In this document: one piece after another, positions 10,110-21,839 of the stretch
Layout of the letters: the number at the start of each line of letters is the position of its first letter
Numbering within the stretch: the stretch's first letter is position 1
Assembly: GCA_002009975.1 (NCBI GenBank)
Contig: MTLP01000009.1
Location: 1-64,000, forward strand
Source: Thermococcus sp. JdFR-02
GTDB lineage: Archaea > Methanobacteriota_B > Thermococci > Thermococcales > Thermococcaceae
DNA length: 64,000 bases
Direction: 5' to 3'
The notes under the pieces: model-generated
Database searches by the model: none
What the model was told of the DNA's origin: nothing
What the model saw: only the letters and a program-made list of their open reading frames with translations
Program-made: the position numbers and the translations under genes

Positions 10110-11582
10110 GTGAGTAGGATGAGAGTGCTTATTTTAGGTGGAGGTGTCATTGGTCGTTCAATTGCTGAATCGTTAAAGGGTGAATTTGACGTAACTATTA
10201 TAGAAAAGGATGAGATAAGGGTTAAGTCTTTATCCGAGAGTGGTTATCAGGTAGTTCCAGGAGATTTTGTTTACACTGCTACCTTGCTAAAGGCGAGTAT
10301 TAACAAAGCTGATCTTGTCATAATAACAACTATGGATCTTCAGACAATAAAAAGGGCTATTCAGGTTATTAGAACAAATAATAAAGATGTTCCAATACTC
10401 ACTCTCATACCAGATGATATGTCTGTAGATGACCTTAGAAACTCAATAAAAGAGGAATTTGAAAGTGATGTTAAGATTGATTATGCAATTTCTCCTAGAA
10501 GTGCAATCTCAAAAGTCGTTGTGGATATAGTTGAGGTGTTTGGAGAGAGAAAAAATGGAACACTGCTCTTAAAGAAGCTCCATGAACTTAAGAAAAAGGG
10601 GGACTCTCTTTTAGTGGTTATGCACGACAATCCAGATCCAGATTCAATGGCAAGCGCAATGGCACTTAAGAGGATAGCTCAAAACATTGGTTTTAGGGTT
10701 AACGTTGTGTATGGCGGTGAAATAACTCATTCTGAAAACAGAGCCCTTATGAATGTTCTTGGAATGGAAATGAACAAAGTCTCAAGGGGTTCCTATGAAA
10801 TCAAGAAATATCCTTTTATAGCTCTAATCGATTGTCAACCTAATGGAAACCTTACGATACTAGAGGATGAAGATTTCCAAAAAATCCAGATAGTTATAGA
10901 TCACCACCAAATCTTGCAGAGCTTAAAGGAAAAGATACCAGAAAATGCTTTTTTTGATATTAGGGCTGAAGTTAATGCTACATCATCGATTTTGGCTGAA
11001 TATTTTAGATCCCTAAATATGAATATTGATACCGATTTAGCAACTGGTCTTTTCTATGGCATTTATGTCGATACTAAAAAGTTTTCAAAATTGAGTAATG
11101 TTGATTTAAAGGCTATAGAGTTTCTTGCAGAGAAGGTTAATTATGAGCTTTTAGATAAAATTGAGAATCCAGATATACCAACGGAAACTGCGGAAATTTT
11201 AGCTAGGGCAATTTTGAATAGAAGGATTTACAAGAACATTGTGATCTCAAATGTTGGCTTTATATCTAATAGAGATGCCATAGCCCAATCAGCCGACTTT
11301 TTACTAAGGTTAGAGGGTATCACTACTGTTTTGGTATTTGGAATAGTTGATGATAGGATTGAAATCTCTTCAAGAACGAGAGATGTTAGAGTGAATATTG
11401 GAAAGATTTTAAAAGATGCATTTGGAGATATTGGAAGTGGAGGAGGGCATGCACAAGCAGGAGGAGCTAGAATAAACCTTGGAATATTCAAGTTAGCCAA
11501 AGACAAGAACTCCCTATTAAGGTTGGTAGAAGAAGCAATAACTGAAAAATTCTTAGAGGCTTTGGGAATTAAAGAAGGCTAA
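10110..11582 (+). CDS. DHH/DHHA1 phosphoesterase with N-terminal TrkA-N (RCK) domain
   Basis: GGGVIG Rossmann motif, HDNPDPD, IDHH, GGGH. Confidence 0.9.
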   Translation: MSRMRVLILGGGVIGRSIAESLKGEFDVTIIEKDEIRVKSLSESGYQVVPGDFVYTATLLKASINKADLVIITTMDLQTIKRAIQVIRTNNKDVPILTLIPDDMSVDDLRNSIKEEFESDVKIDYAISPRSAISKVVVDIVEVFGERKNGTLLLKKLHELKKKGDSLLVVMHDNPDPDSMASAMALKRIAQNIGFRVNVVYGGEITHSENRALMNVLGMEMNKVSRGSYEIKKYPFIALIDCQPNGNLTILEDEDFQKIQIVIDHHQILQSLKEKIPENAFFDIRAEVNATSSILAEYFRSLNMNIDTDLATGLFYGIYVDTKKFSKLSNVDLKAIEFLAEKVNYELLDKIENPDIPTETAEILARAILNRRIYKNIVISNVGFISNRDAIAQSADFLLRLEGITTVLVFGIVDDRIEISSRTRDVRVNIGKILKDAFGDIGSGGGHAQAGGARINLGIFKLAKDKNSLLRLVEEAITEKFLEALGIKEG

Positions 11583-11788
11583 ACTTCCCTAGCTTTCACC
11601 AACACTATGTTCCCTATTGCTATTACTCTTTCATAGGGAATTCCTACTCTTTCTCCAGGCAGACCGAGTGCAATAACCTTTCCTCGTCCCCTATCAATGT
11701 CTATTAAGACTTCATCCACGTAACCAATGTAATTTCCCTTAGTGTTGTAGATTTGTTTCCCATAAAGCTTTGACAACCTCATTACCAT
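11579..11788 (-). CDS. Small PRC-barrel protein (CdpB-like)
   Basis: LSKLYGKQIYNTKGNYIGYVDEV...IPYERVIAIGNIVLV. Confidence 0.85.
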   Translation of the reverse strand: MVMRLSKLYGKQIYNTKGNYIGYVDEVLIDIDRGRGKVIALGLPGERVGIPYERVIAIGNIVLVKAREV

Positions 11789-11822
11789 TGTTCATCCCCT
11801 ACTATTCTTGCTTTCTAACCTT

Positions 11823-12353
11823 TTAAAGGTTATTCTTCTTCTGACCAAATGCTCTTGTGTTTTCAACGAAAGCTTTAAACAGGCTTATAAATAAAACCAC
11901 AACTGCACCAATAACGCCTGACATGAAAATACTCATTACAGAGCCTTCTATTTTATATAGCTCTACTTTTGAAAAGAGCAGATTCCCAAGTATAAACCCT
12001 CCAAAGTATGAAAATGGTGTTAGTGCAATATCCAATGTATCTTCAGATGAAACTATCCACATGGCTACTATTGCAATGGCTAAGAGTGAAAGAGAGTAGG
12101 CTAAATTGAAGGTAAAGTTAAGCCAGATCAAGTAGAGAAGCGTTGTTATTCCAAATCCAAGTATAAAGGAGATTCCACTTGCATTGGCTTTTCCTCTAAA
12201 ACCCCCATATAAAAAGCCAGCGATTAGTCCGGTGAGGTATATTGGATAAAGAGTTTCCATAGCAGTGTAAGAAGGGAAAGTTAGGATTATCAAAAGAAAG
12301 CTAAGTGTAATTCCCAATCCAGCATATCCCAAACCACTCAGAACTCTATTCAT
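11823..12353 (-). CDS. Hypothetical membrane protein
   Basis: About 6 TM segments; translationally coupled in the ribK operon. Confidence 0.7.
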   Translation of the reverse strand: MNRVLSGLGYAGLGITLSFLLIILTFPSYTAMETLYPIYLTGLIAGFLYGGFRGKANASGISFILGFGITTLLYLIWLNFTFNLAYSLSLLAIAIVAMWIVSSEDTLDIALTPFSYFGGFILGNLLFSKVELYKIEGSVMSIFMSGVIGAVVVLFISLFKAFVENTRAFGQKKNNL

Positions 12354-12994
12354 TTAATCACCTCTATTCTAACTTTGTCGCCATCTTTTAGTCCAAGAAC
12401 CTCTCTGAGGCACACAGGTGCTATAACTTCAGCGATTCTTGGGGGGTGTATGGTTCTAGAAGGAATGACTATAGCTCCATTAACACCGTTTATTTTAACC
12501 CTATACGCTCTAACATCACCAAATGTCCTACCCTCTTTTACAAAACCCGGAATTATAACAGGTTTCACCTTATATAGGGCATCGAATATTGTCTTTGGAA
12601 AGAGGACTTTGAGATTTAGAGTTCCTGGATATGGATCAAAGCCGAGATACTCATTTATTAGCTCAGAATAATGTTTTACATAATACGCTCCTTCACCTAA
12701 TCCAGAAATAACTTCTCCAAGAATTATCCGCCCTTCTGAGAGTATTTCTGTGAGTTCTTCATAAAGTTCACTCAAAAAGTGTAAAGCTTTATTCGTTAGT
12801 TCAATATGAGTTTTTCGCCCTTCTACAAACTTTTCTAAATATCCTTCATGCTCAAGTTCTTCAAGCCATCTTAAAACTGTCTGGGGGGATACATTAAGTT
12901 CTCTCGAGAGGTCTCTTAAAGTAACCCTTGCTTTCTCCCCTATTGCTCCTTTCTTTGCTAACAATAAAATCAATTTAAGTCTCTGCATCTTCAC
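12350..12994 (-). CDS. ribK: CTP-dependent riboflavin kinase with N-terminal wHTH (RbkR type)
   Basis: [21 protein letters not shown] motifs. Confidence 0.92.
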   Translation of the reverse strand: MKMQRLKLILLLAKKGAIGEKARVTLRDLSRELNVSPQTVLRWLEELEHEGYLEKFVEGRKTHIELTNKALHFLSELYEELTEILSEGRIILGEVISGLGEGAYYVKHYSELINEYLGFDPYPGTLNLKVLFPKTIFDALYKVKPVIIPGFVKEGRTFGDVRAYRVKINGVNGAIVIPSRTIHPPRIAEVIAPVCLREVLGLKDGDKVRIEVIK

Positions 12995-13550
12995 TCCCCT
13001 TTGATAGTTTATCCGCTATTCTTAAAGGCTTTGGGTAGCCTTTCTCATTTAACTCTTCAATAATCTTTTTTGCTGATTCTAAATCTATAAGGTTTCCTAC
13101 ACTTATGTAAGCTTTTCCAACCTTTACTAAGCTGTTTGGGGGGTAAGCTTTCAGGGGCTTCTTTGCAACTCCTATGGTAGGCTTTTGAATTAAAATTCCA
13201 ATATGGCAAGCTAAGCCAAATCCCCTTGGATGGGCTTTTCCATGCCCCTCAACCAGCAGCACATCAAAGTCTTCTCCTTTGAGAGCAATCAATATTGGTT
13301 TTGTTTCCCTTAAAAAGAAAAAGGTGGGGATGTATGGAAAAGTCACTTCGGTTTTGACAATTTTAGTTTTTATAATCTCGCACTTAGGAAAAGAACAAAG
13401 GACAAAAGCTGCTTTTGCTACATTTCTCCTATATGACACGTCAACAGCACCCACGGTTTTAACTTTCTCAATATTCAAAGGTTTCTCAACTATTCTCTCG
13501 CTTAACTTTTTTTGAACCTCAGCTATCTTTTTTAAGTTTTGGTTAACCAC
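12975..13550 (-). CDS. nfi: Endonuclease V
   Basis: [33 protein letters not shown]. Confidence 0.92.
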   Translation of the reverse strand: MVNQNLKKIAEVQKKLSERIVEKPLNIEKVKTVGAVDVSYRRNVAKAAFVLCSFPKCEIIKTKIVKTEVTFPYIPTFFFLRETKPILIALKGEDFDVLLVEGHGKAHPRGFGLACHIGILIQKPTIGVAKKPLKAYPPNSLVKVGKAYISVGNLIDLESAKKIIEELNEKGYPKPLRIADKLSKGSEDAET

Positions 13551-14175
13551 GTTCTAAGACCCCTTTTAGCTTTTCTTCTAAATCTTTGCTGAGCTTTGCT
13601 CTCGTTAAGTCTTCTAAAGTTCTCTCAAGAATACCTCTTGCTGCATCTTGTTTTTGTCTAATATTTACCAATCCTTTCGGATATTCAAGGGTCATTAGCT
13701 CTTCATAGATATGTTCCATGAATTTGTAAGTTTTCTTTGCTTCTTCAATCTCACCTTCCATTAAAAGCAACAAGAAGTGTCTCCTTAATTCTCCAATAAA
13801 GTCTCCAATTCCCAAAGCATAGTGTGTCTCTGGAACATCCAATTCTTGAGGAGAAGGGAATTCACTATTTGTCAAATAACAGTAGAAAAGGGTAGCCTCA
13901 ACAAATTCTTGATGAGCACTTTGAACGTAACCAGTAAAGTATAAATCTTGATGGTCTTTTAGCAATTCCTTAAGGGATTTCACTTTTTCTTCAGCTTTAC
14001 TAATCCTACTTCTTGCTAACTTAAAATCTCCTCTATGGAGAGCTTTTATTGCATCGCCACTCAACCTTACAATCTCTCTTGTCATACTTAGAGCTTTTTC
14101 TCTCAGGGCATCTTTTTCATCTAAAATCTCTCTAATTTCTTCAATTATTTTGTTAATCTCCATGAGTTTCACCAA
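13543..14175 (-). CDS. Translin/TRAX-family protein
   Basis: [20 protein letters not shown]. Confidence 0.88.
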   Translation of the reverse strand: MVKLMEINKIIEEIREILDEKDALREKALSMTREIVRLSGDAIKALHRGDFKLARSRISKAEEKVKSLKELLKDHQDLYFTGYVQSAHQEFVEATLFYCYLTNSEFPSPQELDVPETHYALGIGDFIGELRRHFLLLLMEGEIEEAKKTYKFMEHIYEELMTLEYPKGLVNIRQKQDAARGILERTLEDLTRAKLSKDLEEKLKGVLERG

Positions 14176-14217
14176 GACAAGTTAAGATTTTAGGTACTTA
14201 ATGCTTTCTAGAATGTT

Positions 14218-14357
14218 CTTTGTGGGCTTGGCTTATCCAACCGTGATCATTGAGAGCCTTTATCGGCTCTATCCCACGGTCCCGGTTAGCCAAGCCCTGT
14301 CCGCCCAGCCTGTCTCCCGAGTTCATCTTTCACTCGGAAGGGCGAGGCTGGGCAGAT
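14218..14357 (-). ncRNA. Two-hairpin box H/ACA guide RNA (HgcE/Pab105-like)
   Basis: Reverse strand: GCCCAGCC...GGCUGGGCGG-ACA then GGGCUUGGCU...AGCCAAGCCC-ACA, with UGA/GA K-loops. Confidence 0.85.
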
Positions 14358-14499
14358 CAATTAAGATTAGTTAATTTGGGAATTTAATTTTTATTCTCAG
14401 TGCATAACTGTAGGTTATATTTTATCCAACAATTCATGCCGAAAAATATATAAATACAATCTCAGAGCTATGTACAAGAAAGTTCACAAGGTGATGATC

Positions 14500-15711
14500 A
14501 TGAAGGATAGGAATATAGTTGTTGAAGAGCTCTATAAGACCCCGGTAGAGATGCAAAAGGTTGAGTTAGTTGAAAGAAAGGGAATTGGACATCCAGACAG
14601 CATTGCAGATGGAATAGCTGAAGCAGTGAGCAGAGCATTAAGCAGGGAGTACATCAAGAGATATGGGATTATTTTGCACCACAACACTGATCAAGTTGAG
14701 GTTGTTGGAGGTAGAGCTTATCCAAGGTTTGGTGGTGGAGAAGTAATAAGACCAATCTACATATTGTTGTCAGGTAGGGCAGTTGAGTTCATTGATAGAG
14801 AAATGTTCCCAGTTCATGAAGTTGCAATAAAAGCAGCAAAGGACTATCTAAGGAAGGCTGTTAGTCATTTAGACGTTGACAACCATATAATTATTGATTC
14901 AAGAATTGGACAGGGAAGCGTTGACTTGGTTAGTGTTTTCAATAAAGCCAAGGAAACACCAATCCCATTAGCCAATGATACATCATTTGGTGTTGGCTTT
15001 GCTCCACTTAGTGAGACTGAAAGGATTGTCCTACAAACTGAAAAGCTGCTAAACTCAAAAGAGTTCAAAAAGAAGATGCCAGCAGTTGGTGAGGACATTA
15101 AAGTTATGGGATTGAGAAAAGGAGATGAAATTGATCTTACAATCGCAGCTGCTATAGTTGATAGCGAAGTTCAAGATCCAAAAGAGTATATGGAAGTTAA
15201 GCAAGGAATATATGAGGAAGTTAAGGAATTAGCTGAGAGCATTACACAAAGAAAGGTTAACATCTACGTTAATACCGCTGATGATCCAAATAAGGACATT
15301 TATTACATAACCGTTACGGGAACTTCGGCAGAGGCTGGAGATGATGGAAGCGTTGGAAGGGGTAATAGGGTTAATGGCTTAATTACACCAAATAGATTCA
15401 TGAGTATGGAAGCTGCGGCAGGAAAGAACCCAGTTAGTCACGTGGGTAAGATCTACAACTTGTTAGCAAACCTAATTGCCAATGACATAGTGAAGCAAAT
15501 CGATGGTGTTGAAGAAGTTTACGTTAGGATATTAAGCCAAATTGGAAAGCCAATCGATGAGCCACTGGTTGCAAGTATTCAAATCCTTCCAAAGAAAGGC
15601 TACAGTGTTGGGCAATTTGAAAAAGGTGCTCAAGAAATAGCTGATGAATGGCTAGCCAACATAACAAAAATACAAAAAATGATTTTGGAAGATAAGCTAA
15701 ATGTGTTTTGA
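14500..15711 (+). CDS. mat: Archaeal S-adenosylmethionine synthetase
   Basis: [32 protein letters not shown]; start at ATG 14500 chosen by RBS. Confidence 0.95.
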   Translation: MKDRNIVVEELYKTPVEMQKVELVERKGIGHPDSIADGIAEAVSRALSREYIKRYGIILHHNTDQVEVVGGRAYPRFGGGEVIRPIYILLSGRAVEFIDREMFPVHEVAIKAAKDYLRKAVSHLDVDNHIIIDSRIGQGSVDLVSVFNKAKETPIPLANDTSFGVGFAPLSETERIVLQTEKLLNSKEFKKKMPAVGEDIKVMGLRKGDEIDLTIAAAIVDSEVQDPKEYMEVKQGIYEEVKELAESITQRKVNIYVNTADDPNKDIYYITVTGTSAEAGDDGSVGRGNRVNGLITPNRFMSMEAAAGKNPVSHVGKIYNLLANLIANDIVKQIDGVEEVYVRILSQIGKPIDEPLVASIQILPKKGYSVGQFEKGAQEIADEWLANITKIQKMILEDKLNVF

Positions 15712-15713
15712 AG

Positions 15714-15842
15714 TTACCCCTTTGCTTTTCTTATTTTCTCTTGCATTAGTATTCTAAGAAGTCTTGCTTCCTCAACGAGGATTTTCTCTTTTTGTCTCTT
15801 AATAATCTCCAATTTCTTTTCAAGAACTCTCAAATTCTCCAT
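15714..15842 (-). CDS. Small coiled-coil protein (42 aa), not in the ORF track
   Basis: MENLRVLERKLEIIKRQKEKILVEEARLLRILMQEKIRKAKG*, preceded by GGTGG RBS. Confidence 0.6.
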   Translation of the reverse strand: MENLRVLEKKLEIIKRQKEKILVEEARLLRILMQEKIRKAKG

Positions 15843-15969
15843 GGTACCACCAGAAGATATAAATTACTCCACAATATATAAGACTTTCGCTTAATGCTAA
15901 ATGTACTTTCGGCGATTATCGAAATAAAAACCATAGTTTTAAAAACTAGATATAATTAAAATGTTTTAG

Positions 15970-16524
15970 GTGTATCAAATGTTAATCGCTATTACTGGTA
16001 CCCCCGGAGTGGGGAAAAGCACGGTTGCTAAAATTTTGGCTGAAAAACTTGGATACGAGTATATAGACTTGAAGGAATTTGCGTTAGAGCACAACATTGG
16101 AGAAGAAAAAGAGGGAGAGCTTGAGCTGGATGTTGATGAGCTTTCCTACTGGGTTGAAAAAGAGTTAAAGAACAAAAATGCCGTTATTGACGGGCATTTA
16201 AGTCATCTTTTACCAGTAGATCAGGTTGTGGTTATTAGAACTCACCCTAAAATAATAGGGGAACGTTTAAGTGAAAGAGGTTATCCAAAGAAGAAGATAA
16301 GCGAAAATGTTGAAGCAGAATTAGTTGATGTTTGCTTGGTGGAAGCTATCGATAAGCACGAGAATGTGATTGAAGTTGATGCAACTAATAAGTCCCCTGA
16401 AGAAGTTGCAAGTGAAATTTTAGAGCTTTTAAATAAAGGAATTAAACGTAAAATTGGAATTGTTGATTGGACTGAAGTTTACGACGAGATTATTCCCTAT
16501 CTGGATTTGGGAGGTGAGGAGTAA
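15970..16524 (+). CDS. Adenylate kinase AK6/Fap7 family
   Basis: [28 protein letters not shown]. Confidence 0.9.
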   Translation: MYQMLIAITGTPGVGKSTVAKILAEKLGYEYIDLKEFALEHNIGEEKEGELELDVDELSYWVEKELKNKNAVIDGHLSHLLPVDQVVVIRTHPKIIGERLSERGYPKKKISENVEAELVDVCLVEAIDKHENVIEVDATNKSPEEVASEILELLNKGIKRKIGIVDWTEVYDEIIPYLDLGGEE

Positions 16525-17405
16525 TGGGATTGGGTCTTTGGATTAGGACCGGAGTTTTAATGGCATTTCTTACTGGTTTGTTAATGGCTATTGGATATGT
16601 GCTAGGTGGAGGTAGCGAAAGTGCACTACTCTTTGCTTTCATGTTTGCAATGGTTATGAACTTCTTCTCATATTGGTATAGTGATAAAATAGTGTTAACA
16701 TGGTACAGAGCAAGGATTATTGAGAGAGATGAATTTCCAGAGCTTTATTTGATCGTTGAGAGTTTGGCAAGGGAAGCTGGAATCCCAACACCAAGAATAG
16801 CAATAGTTCCAACTGAGGTTCCAAATGCATTTGCAACTGGAAGAAGCCCCAAGCATGCTGTGGTTGCAGTCACCCAAGGACTTTTGAGAATTTTAAATAG
16901 GGATGAGCTTGAAGGGGTCATAGCTCACGAATTGAGCCACATAAGGAACAGGGATACTTTAATTCAAACTTTAGCCGCTGTACTGGCTGGTGCAATAATA
17001 ATGCTCGCCAGATGGGCTGGCTGGATAGCATGGTTTGGAGGTTTTGGAGGAAGGGATAGGGATAGAGGTTCAAACGTATTGGGAGCTTTAGTAATTGCAA
17101 TCTTGGCTCCAATTGCAGCAATATTGATTCAAACTGCGATAAGCCGTTCAAGGGAATATTTAGCAGACGAAACAGGGGCAAAGATTAGTGGAAAGCCATG
17201 GGCTTTGGCAAGTGCCTTAGAGAAAATCGAGTATTACGTTTCAAGAAGACCTCTAAAGGAAGGAAACCCAGCTACAGCACACATGTTTATCATAAACCCC
17301 TTTAGAGGAGTTAGCTTTTCAGAGTTGTTCTCAACTCATCCACCAACTCAAAAAAGAATTGAAAGGTTGAGAAAGATAGCTGAACAGATGGGTATGTACT
17401 TCTGA
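16524..17405 (+). CDS. htpX: Zinc metalloprotease HtpX
   Basis: [27 protein letters not shown]. Confidence 0.95.
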   Translation: MGLGLWIRTGVLMAFLTGLLMAIGYVLGGGSESALLFAFMFAMVMNFFSYWYSDKIVLTWYRARIIERDEFPELYLIVESLAREAGIPTPRIAIVPTEVPNAFATGRSPKHAVVAVTQGLLRILNRDELEGVIAHELSHIRNRDTLIQTLAAVLAGAIIMLARWAGWIAWFGGFGGRDRDRGSNVLGALVIAILAPIAAILIQTAISRSREYLADETGAKISGKPWALASALEKIEYYVSRRPLKEGNPATAHMFIINPFRGVSFSELFSTHPPTQKRIERLRKIAEQMGMYF

Positions 17406-17422
17406 TTTTCATTTTATTTTTA

Positions 17423-17480
17423 ATTCAGCACTCAAGATCTTCATCATGGCTAGGCTCAGGTTTGCCGAGTTCATCATTTG
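17423..17480 (-). ncRNA. Box C/D methylation guide sRNA, probably targeting tRNA-Leu(CAA) C34 (sR47-like)
   Basis: AUGAUGA-acucggcaaac-CUGA-gccuagcc-AUGAUGA-agaucuugagug-CUGA; D guide is complementary to the ACUCAAGAUC anticodon loop. Confidence 0.88.
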
Positions 17481-17574
17481 GTCTTTAATACTCTATTTTT
17501 CTTGCGGGTTATAAAGGGGTTATTACGATGATTATCGAAACGTTAAGCTTTTAAACTTAATTAGTTCATTTGCT

Positions 17575-18444
17575 TTGATATCCATGAACTTGGGAATAAT
17601 ATTGGGATTGATAGCAGCTATCAGTTGGGGAGTATCTGCAATATTGATAAAGCTTAGTGTCAAAGATAAAGGAGCCGTAACTGCTAATTTGATTAGGCTT
17701 TATATCGTCGCTTTTCTCTATTCAGTGATCTTTTTCATTAACAATAATTTCAATGAAATTTTTGCTCTCTCTAAGACTCAACTTTTTGTAGCTTTTATCT
17801 CAGCCCAGCTTGGCTTTGTTATTGGAGATTACTTTTACTTTAATGCCCTAAAGATAGCTGGAGTCTCGAGAACAGTTCCTGCAACTTCGTCTTATCCTCT
17901 TTGGGCAATTCTATGGGCATTCTTATTTTTAGGGAGGGGCATTAATCTAAAGGTAGTTTTTGGAGCTTTATTGATTTTCTCTGCAATTGTGTTAGTGAGG
18001 AAGACCGAAGAGGAAGAACATATAAGTCTTAGAGGTATTATCTATGCTATCTTAGCCCCAATAAGCTGGAGCTTAGCCATAACAACTTTAGATTGGCTAT
18101 CTTCACAAATTTCTCCTTTTACATTAGCTGGATTGAGAATGATCCTAGCTTCAATTGGAGTTAGTCTTCTCTTGCCAAGTATTTTAGACGAAATAAAAAG
18201 GGTTACAAAGTTTGAATTTATTGCAATAGGTTTAGCTGGAATTTTTGGGCTTTTAATTGGACAATATGCCTTTGTTAAAGCAATTAATTTAGCTGGCTCT
18301 CAAATTGTTACTCCCGTAACTGCTGTAAATCCGGTAATTTCATCAACTTTGGCTATTTTAGTTTTAAAGGAACCTCCAAATAGAAAGATCATCATGAGTT
18401 TGGCTTTAGCGGTAATTGGTATTCTAATTATAAGCTCTGCCTAA
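17575..18444 (+). CDS. EamA/DMT family transporter
   Basis: About 10 TM segments in two repeats; YFNALKIAGVSR, LKE motif. Confidence 0.88.
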   Translation: MISMNLGIILGLIAAISWGVSAILIKLSVKDKGAVTANLIRLYIVAFLYSVIFFINNNFNEIFALSKTQLFVAFISAQLGFVIGDYFYFNALKIAGVSRTVPATSSYPLWAILWAFLFLGRGINLKVVFGALLIFSAIVLVRKTEEEEHISLRGIIYAILAPISWSLAITTLDWLSSQISPFTLAGLRMILASIGVSLLLPSILDEIKRVTKFEFIAIGLAGIFGLLIGQYAFVKAINLAGSQIVTPVTAVNPVISSTLAILVLKEPPNRKIIMSLALAVIGILIISSA

Positions 18445-18476
18445 AGTTTAAAAATTGTACAGGTTTAGTATAAACT

Positions 18477-18639
18477 GCCGACAGCGAGGGGACAAACCCC
18501 TCGCATGGCTCGGTCGAACCCGCCTCCTCGAAAAATTCGGGCTTTAATGAGAGGAGCGTGCTCACGCCGAGCCTACAGGGCTTGCTTGCATCCACCCGTG
18601 GGAATAATGACCACGGGTCTCTGTGGCAAGCCCACATTC
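18477..18639 (+). ncRNA. Box H/ACA guide RNA (HgcF/Pab35-like): short 5' hairpin plus two H/ACA hairpins
   Basis: GGCUCGG...CCGAGCCU-ACA and GGGCUUGC...GCAAGCCC-ACA with AUGA K-loop elements; GC-rich island. Confidence 0.82.
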
Positions 18640-18704
18640 TCATAAATTTGCTTTCAAGAAGTTTGATCAAAGTTTTTAAACTTTTAAGTCGTAATTAATA
18701 ACTG

Positions 18705-19274
18705 GTGGTTATTATGGTTATACTTCCCAGACCAATAGATCCCAGAGAAATTAAAAGGATTCGAAAAGAGCTTGGAATTACTCAAGAAGAGCTTGCAAGA
18801 AAAGCTGGGGTAACTCAAGCTTATATCGCTAAATTGGAAAATGGAAAAGTTGATCCGAGACTTTCAACGTTTAACAAAATTTTAGAGGCATTAATAGAGT
18901 GCAAAAAAGCAAAGTTGGCAGCAAAGAAGATAATGTCTTCTCCAATAATTGCGGTTAAGCCTTATGAGAGCGTTGAAAAGGTAATTAAGCTCATGAATGA
19001 AAACAACATATCCCAAGTGCCAGTTATAGCTGGGAACAAAATAGTTGGTAGCATTACGGAAAAAACTCTTGTAAGGAAGAGCATGGAATATGAGGATATT
19101 TATGAGAAGAAGGCTATGGAAGTTATGGACGAACCTTTTCCAATAGTTAGTGAGGATGAAGACATTGAAGTTGTGAAGTATCTTTTAGAAGAACATCCTG
19201 CAGTAATTGTACAGGATAAAGAAGGTAAGCCAGTTGGGATAATAACTCGCTCAGATCTGTTTAAACTTAAATAA
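18705..19274 (+). CDS. XRE-HTH plus CBS-pair regulator (COG3620)
   Basis: ITQEELARKAGVTQAYIAKLE, SQVPV, GIITRSD. Confidence 0.9.
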   Translation: MVIMVILPRPIDPREIKRIRKELGITQEELARKAGVTQAYIAKLENGKVDPRLSTFNKILEALIECKKAKLAAKKIMSSPIIAVKPYESVEKVIKLMNENNISQVPVIAGNKIVGSITEKTLVRKSMEYEDIYEKKAMEVMDEPFPIVSEDEDIEVVKYLLEEHPAVIVQDKEGKPVGIITRSDLFKLK

Positions 19275-19833
19275 TCCCTTCAGCATAGAGCTTATGATAG
19301 GCTTTTAGAAGTGCGTCTCTAACTCTTTTTACGCCATACCTCTTTACTGCACTTTTAAGACCTTCCTCAAGAACTTTCTCAATGATTAGGTCAATGTCTG
19401 GGGAAATTTTGAGGTTATTTTTTATGTAAAGCTCTGCAATTTCTTGAGGCTCTTTGTAATTTAATCCCTTCAGCCACTTAAGGGGTATTCCTTCATCAAA
19501 TGGCTTTATGATTTCAAACTCAATTATGCTAACTTCATCGTCTGGATAAAGCTCTCCATAGATTTTATTTAAAGCTCGCATGAGGTCTTTTAAATCTTTA
19601 AATCCATCTTTTTTTGCGTCTTCAATCGTCAATTCCCTAACTTTCTTTTTTCGCAAGCTCTTTATTCTTGCCTTTGCTATTGCAGTATCACTGGGTGTTA
19701 TAACGATATAAACTTCGCTGTTCGGCTTTGCTTGATAGTCACCGTATCGGATTGTGGTAACCTTCTTTCCCTTCAATATTCTCTCTTTGTATGCATTATC
19801 TATTAGCATGAACTTTCTTATTTGAATGGGCAC
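19267..19833 (-). CDS. ASCH-domain protein
   Basis: [18 protein letters not shown]. Confidence 0.85.
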   Translation of the reverse strand: MPIQIRKFMLIDNAYKERILKGKKVTTIRYGDYQAKPNSEVYIVITPSDTAIAKARIKSLRKKKVRELTIEDAKKDGFKDLKDLMRALNKIYGELYPDDEVSIIEFEIIKPFDEGIPLKWLKGLNYKEPQEIAELYIKNNLKISPDIDLIIEKVLEEGLKSAVKRYGVKRVRDALLKAYHKLYAEGII

Positions 19834-20518
19834 TATTCAACACCTCTATAATCTCTGGAAGCTCAAGTATGTCTTTGATCTCATAATCAGCATACTTCCG
19901 ATATTCAAGCTCTCTATTGGCATATTTCCCATATCTAAACCATACCGTATGCATTCCAACTCTTTTAGCCCCGTAGATATCTGAGTAGAGCCTATCACCC
20001 ACCATAATCGTCTCTTCTGCATTCACTTTAAAAATTTTCAATGCCTTTTGATATATTTTTGGATGGGGTTTTTTAACGCCCTCAAAGTCCGATATAACTA
20101 CGTGCTCAAAGAAGTCATCTAAATCCAATCTTAAGATCTTTTCCCATTGTTTTATTGGATTGCCATCAGTTATTATACCCAATCTAAGACCCATTTCCTT
20201 TAATTTTAACAGAGCTTTTCTGACATGTCTTATTTCTTTAAGATGAGCAAACTTTGTGTTGTGATAAGCTATAACTCCAGCAGCAACAAGCTTTGGGTTG
20301 TATTTTAAATCCAAACGTCTTAGGAGGTAATCAAAATGGTGAGGAAAGTTGCTTCCATATTCGCTTATAAGTTCCAAAAGCTCGTTATAAGCTGTATCAA
20401 AATCAACAGGTAAGCCATGTCTGATCATATTCTCTATGGCATTTTTCCTCGCCATCTCAGCTAATTTTGTTGTATCAACCAGAGTATCATCCAAGTCAAA
20501 AAATACTACTTTAATCAT
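19796..20518 (-). CDS. HAD-superfamily hydrolase (TIGR02253-like)
   Basis: [19 protein letters not shown]. Confidence 0.9.
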   Translation of the reverse strand: MIKVVFFDLDDTLVDTTKLAEMARKNAIENMIRHGLPVDFDTAYNELLELISEYGSNFPHHFDYLLRRLDLKYNPKLVAAGVIAYHNTKFAHLKEIRHVRKALLKLKEMGLRLGIITDGNPIKQWEKILRLDLDDFFEHVVISDFEGVKKPHPKIYQKALKIFKVNAEETIMVGDRLYSDIYGAKRVGMHTVWFRYGKYANRELEYRKYADYEIKDILELPEIIEVLNSAHSNKKVHANR

Positions 20519-20554
20519 TTAACTCACCTTTCTGAATTTTAAGCTAAGTCTTAT

Positions 20555-20950
20555 TTAACCTTTCCCAATGTCCAAATAAAACCTGCTCTTTTGCTTCTTT
20601 ATCATCTGCAATTGCTGGAAGTATTCATCTTCTTTTATCAATTCATTGGTTAAATCCTCCAGTCTCCACATTAGAGAGGTAGGAGTGGTTGTCGCAAAGA
20701 TAACTCTGCCCACTTTAAGAGCTTTGACTTTAGTTATGACGTCTTTAACTTCATGATTTTCCAAATTATGCATAATTAAGAACTTCCTCCAGTGCCAGTT
20801 CCCACTTTCCTCGAGCTTTTCAGCTTTATCAACTATTTCTTGTAAGACCCAATCTCTGCAGTATTCTGGGATTTCATAAATTTTGTATCCACTTAGTGCC
20901 TCTTTAATAAGTCCAACTTCATTTTCCCCAAATCCTATCAGAAATATCAC
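20555..20950 (-). CDS. Conserved hypothetical protein (DUF3783-like)
   Basis: [12 protein letters not shown]...ELIKE pattern; coupled in operon. Confidence 0.65.
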   Translation of the reverse strand: MIFLIGFGENEVGLIKEALSGYKIYEIPEYCRDWVLQEIVDKAEKLEESGNWHWRKFLIMHNLENHEVKDVITKVKALKVGRVIFATTTPTSLMWRLEDLTNELIKEDEYFQQLQMIKKQKSRFYLDIGKG

Positions 20951-21702
20951 TTTCTCAACTCCTTAACTTTTTTCAAAAGCTCTTCCATAATCTCTCCAGC
21001 TTTTCCTCTCAAAAAAACATCGGCAATTGGAGTTATCCCTCCTTCATTGACATTTACCTCTATTATATATCCTCCATGCTCTTTAGTTATATAGGGAATA
21101 TATGCGGCTGGATACACTTGTCCACTTGTCCCAATAACCAAACAAACGTCTGATCTTCTTGCTAAATTAAATGCCTCACTAAGCTCTTTCTCAGGCAAAG
21201 ATTCTCCAAACCAAACCACATCTGGTCTCAATAAGTTAGAACACTTGGGGCATTTTGGCAGTTCTTTTTCAGCTAAGAATCTTTCTACTCTTCCACTTTC
21301 TTTTAAATTTTCAATGTAATCGCAATAACTGCATTTAACTCTATAGATGTTGCCGTGCAGTTCAATAATTCTCTTATTTCCAGCTTCTCTATGCAGATCA
21401 TCAATATTTTGTGTTATAACGGCTTTTAAAATTCCCATATCTTCAAGTTCTGCTAGGGTTAAATGAGCCTTATTTGGTTTAGCGTCTTTCATTTTACGCA
21501 TTCTCATCTTGTAAAATTCCCAGACTAACTTGGGATTCCTTCTAAAGGCTTCTGGAGTTGCTACTTCTTCAATTCTATACTTTTCCCAAAGTCCTCCAGA
21601 ACCTCTAAAAGTAGGTACTCCACTTTCAGCACTTATCCCAGCACCTGTGAAAGCGATTAAAAATTTAGCTTTCGCTATTAACTTTGCAGCTTCTTCAATC
21701 AT
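20947..21702 (-). CDS. cobB: NAD-dependent protein deacylase (sirtuin)
   Basis: [33 protein letters not shown]. Confidence 0.95.
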   Translation of the reverse strand: MIEEAAKLIAKAKFLIAFTGAGISAESGVPTFRGSGGLWEKYRIEEVATPEAFRRNPKLVWEFYKMRMRKMKDAKPNKAHLTLAELEDMGILKAVITQNIDDLHREAGNKRIIELHGNIYRVKCSYCDYIENLKESGRVERFLAEKELPKCPKCSNLLRPDVVWFGESLPEKELSEAFNLARRSDVCLVIGTSGQVYPAAYIPYITKEHGGYIIEVNVNEGGITPIADVFLRGKAGEIMEELLKKVKELRK

Positions 21703-21839
21703 GCTCTATCCCTAATTTATTTCGTAACATTGGCTTTAAAATTTTAACATACTACTACCTTTTTAGCATTAAAGCCTAAGCAAGATTTAAATTATATGAG
21801 TGTAAAACATTTCATTGCATAAGTGTTTGAGGTGGGACT

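Noticed and set aside
17461-17472. Plus-strand TTTGCCGAGTTC resembles an antisense match to 23S rRNA
   Set aside because: The C/D boxes are on the minus strand, where the guide fits tRNA-Leu; the match is treated as coincidental.
18428-18670. 80-aa minus-strand ORF
   Set aside because: Antisense to the H/ACA RNA.
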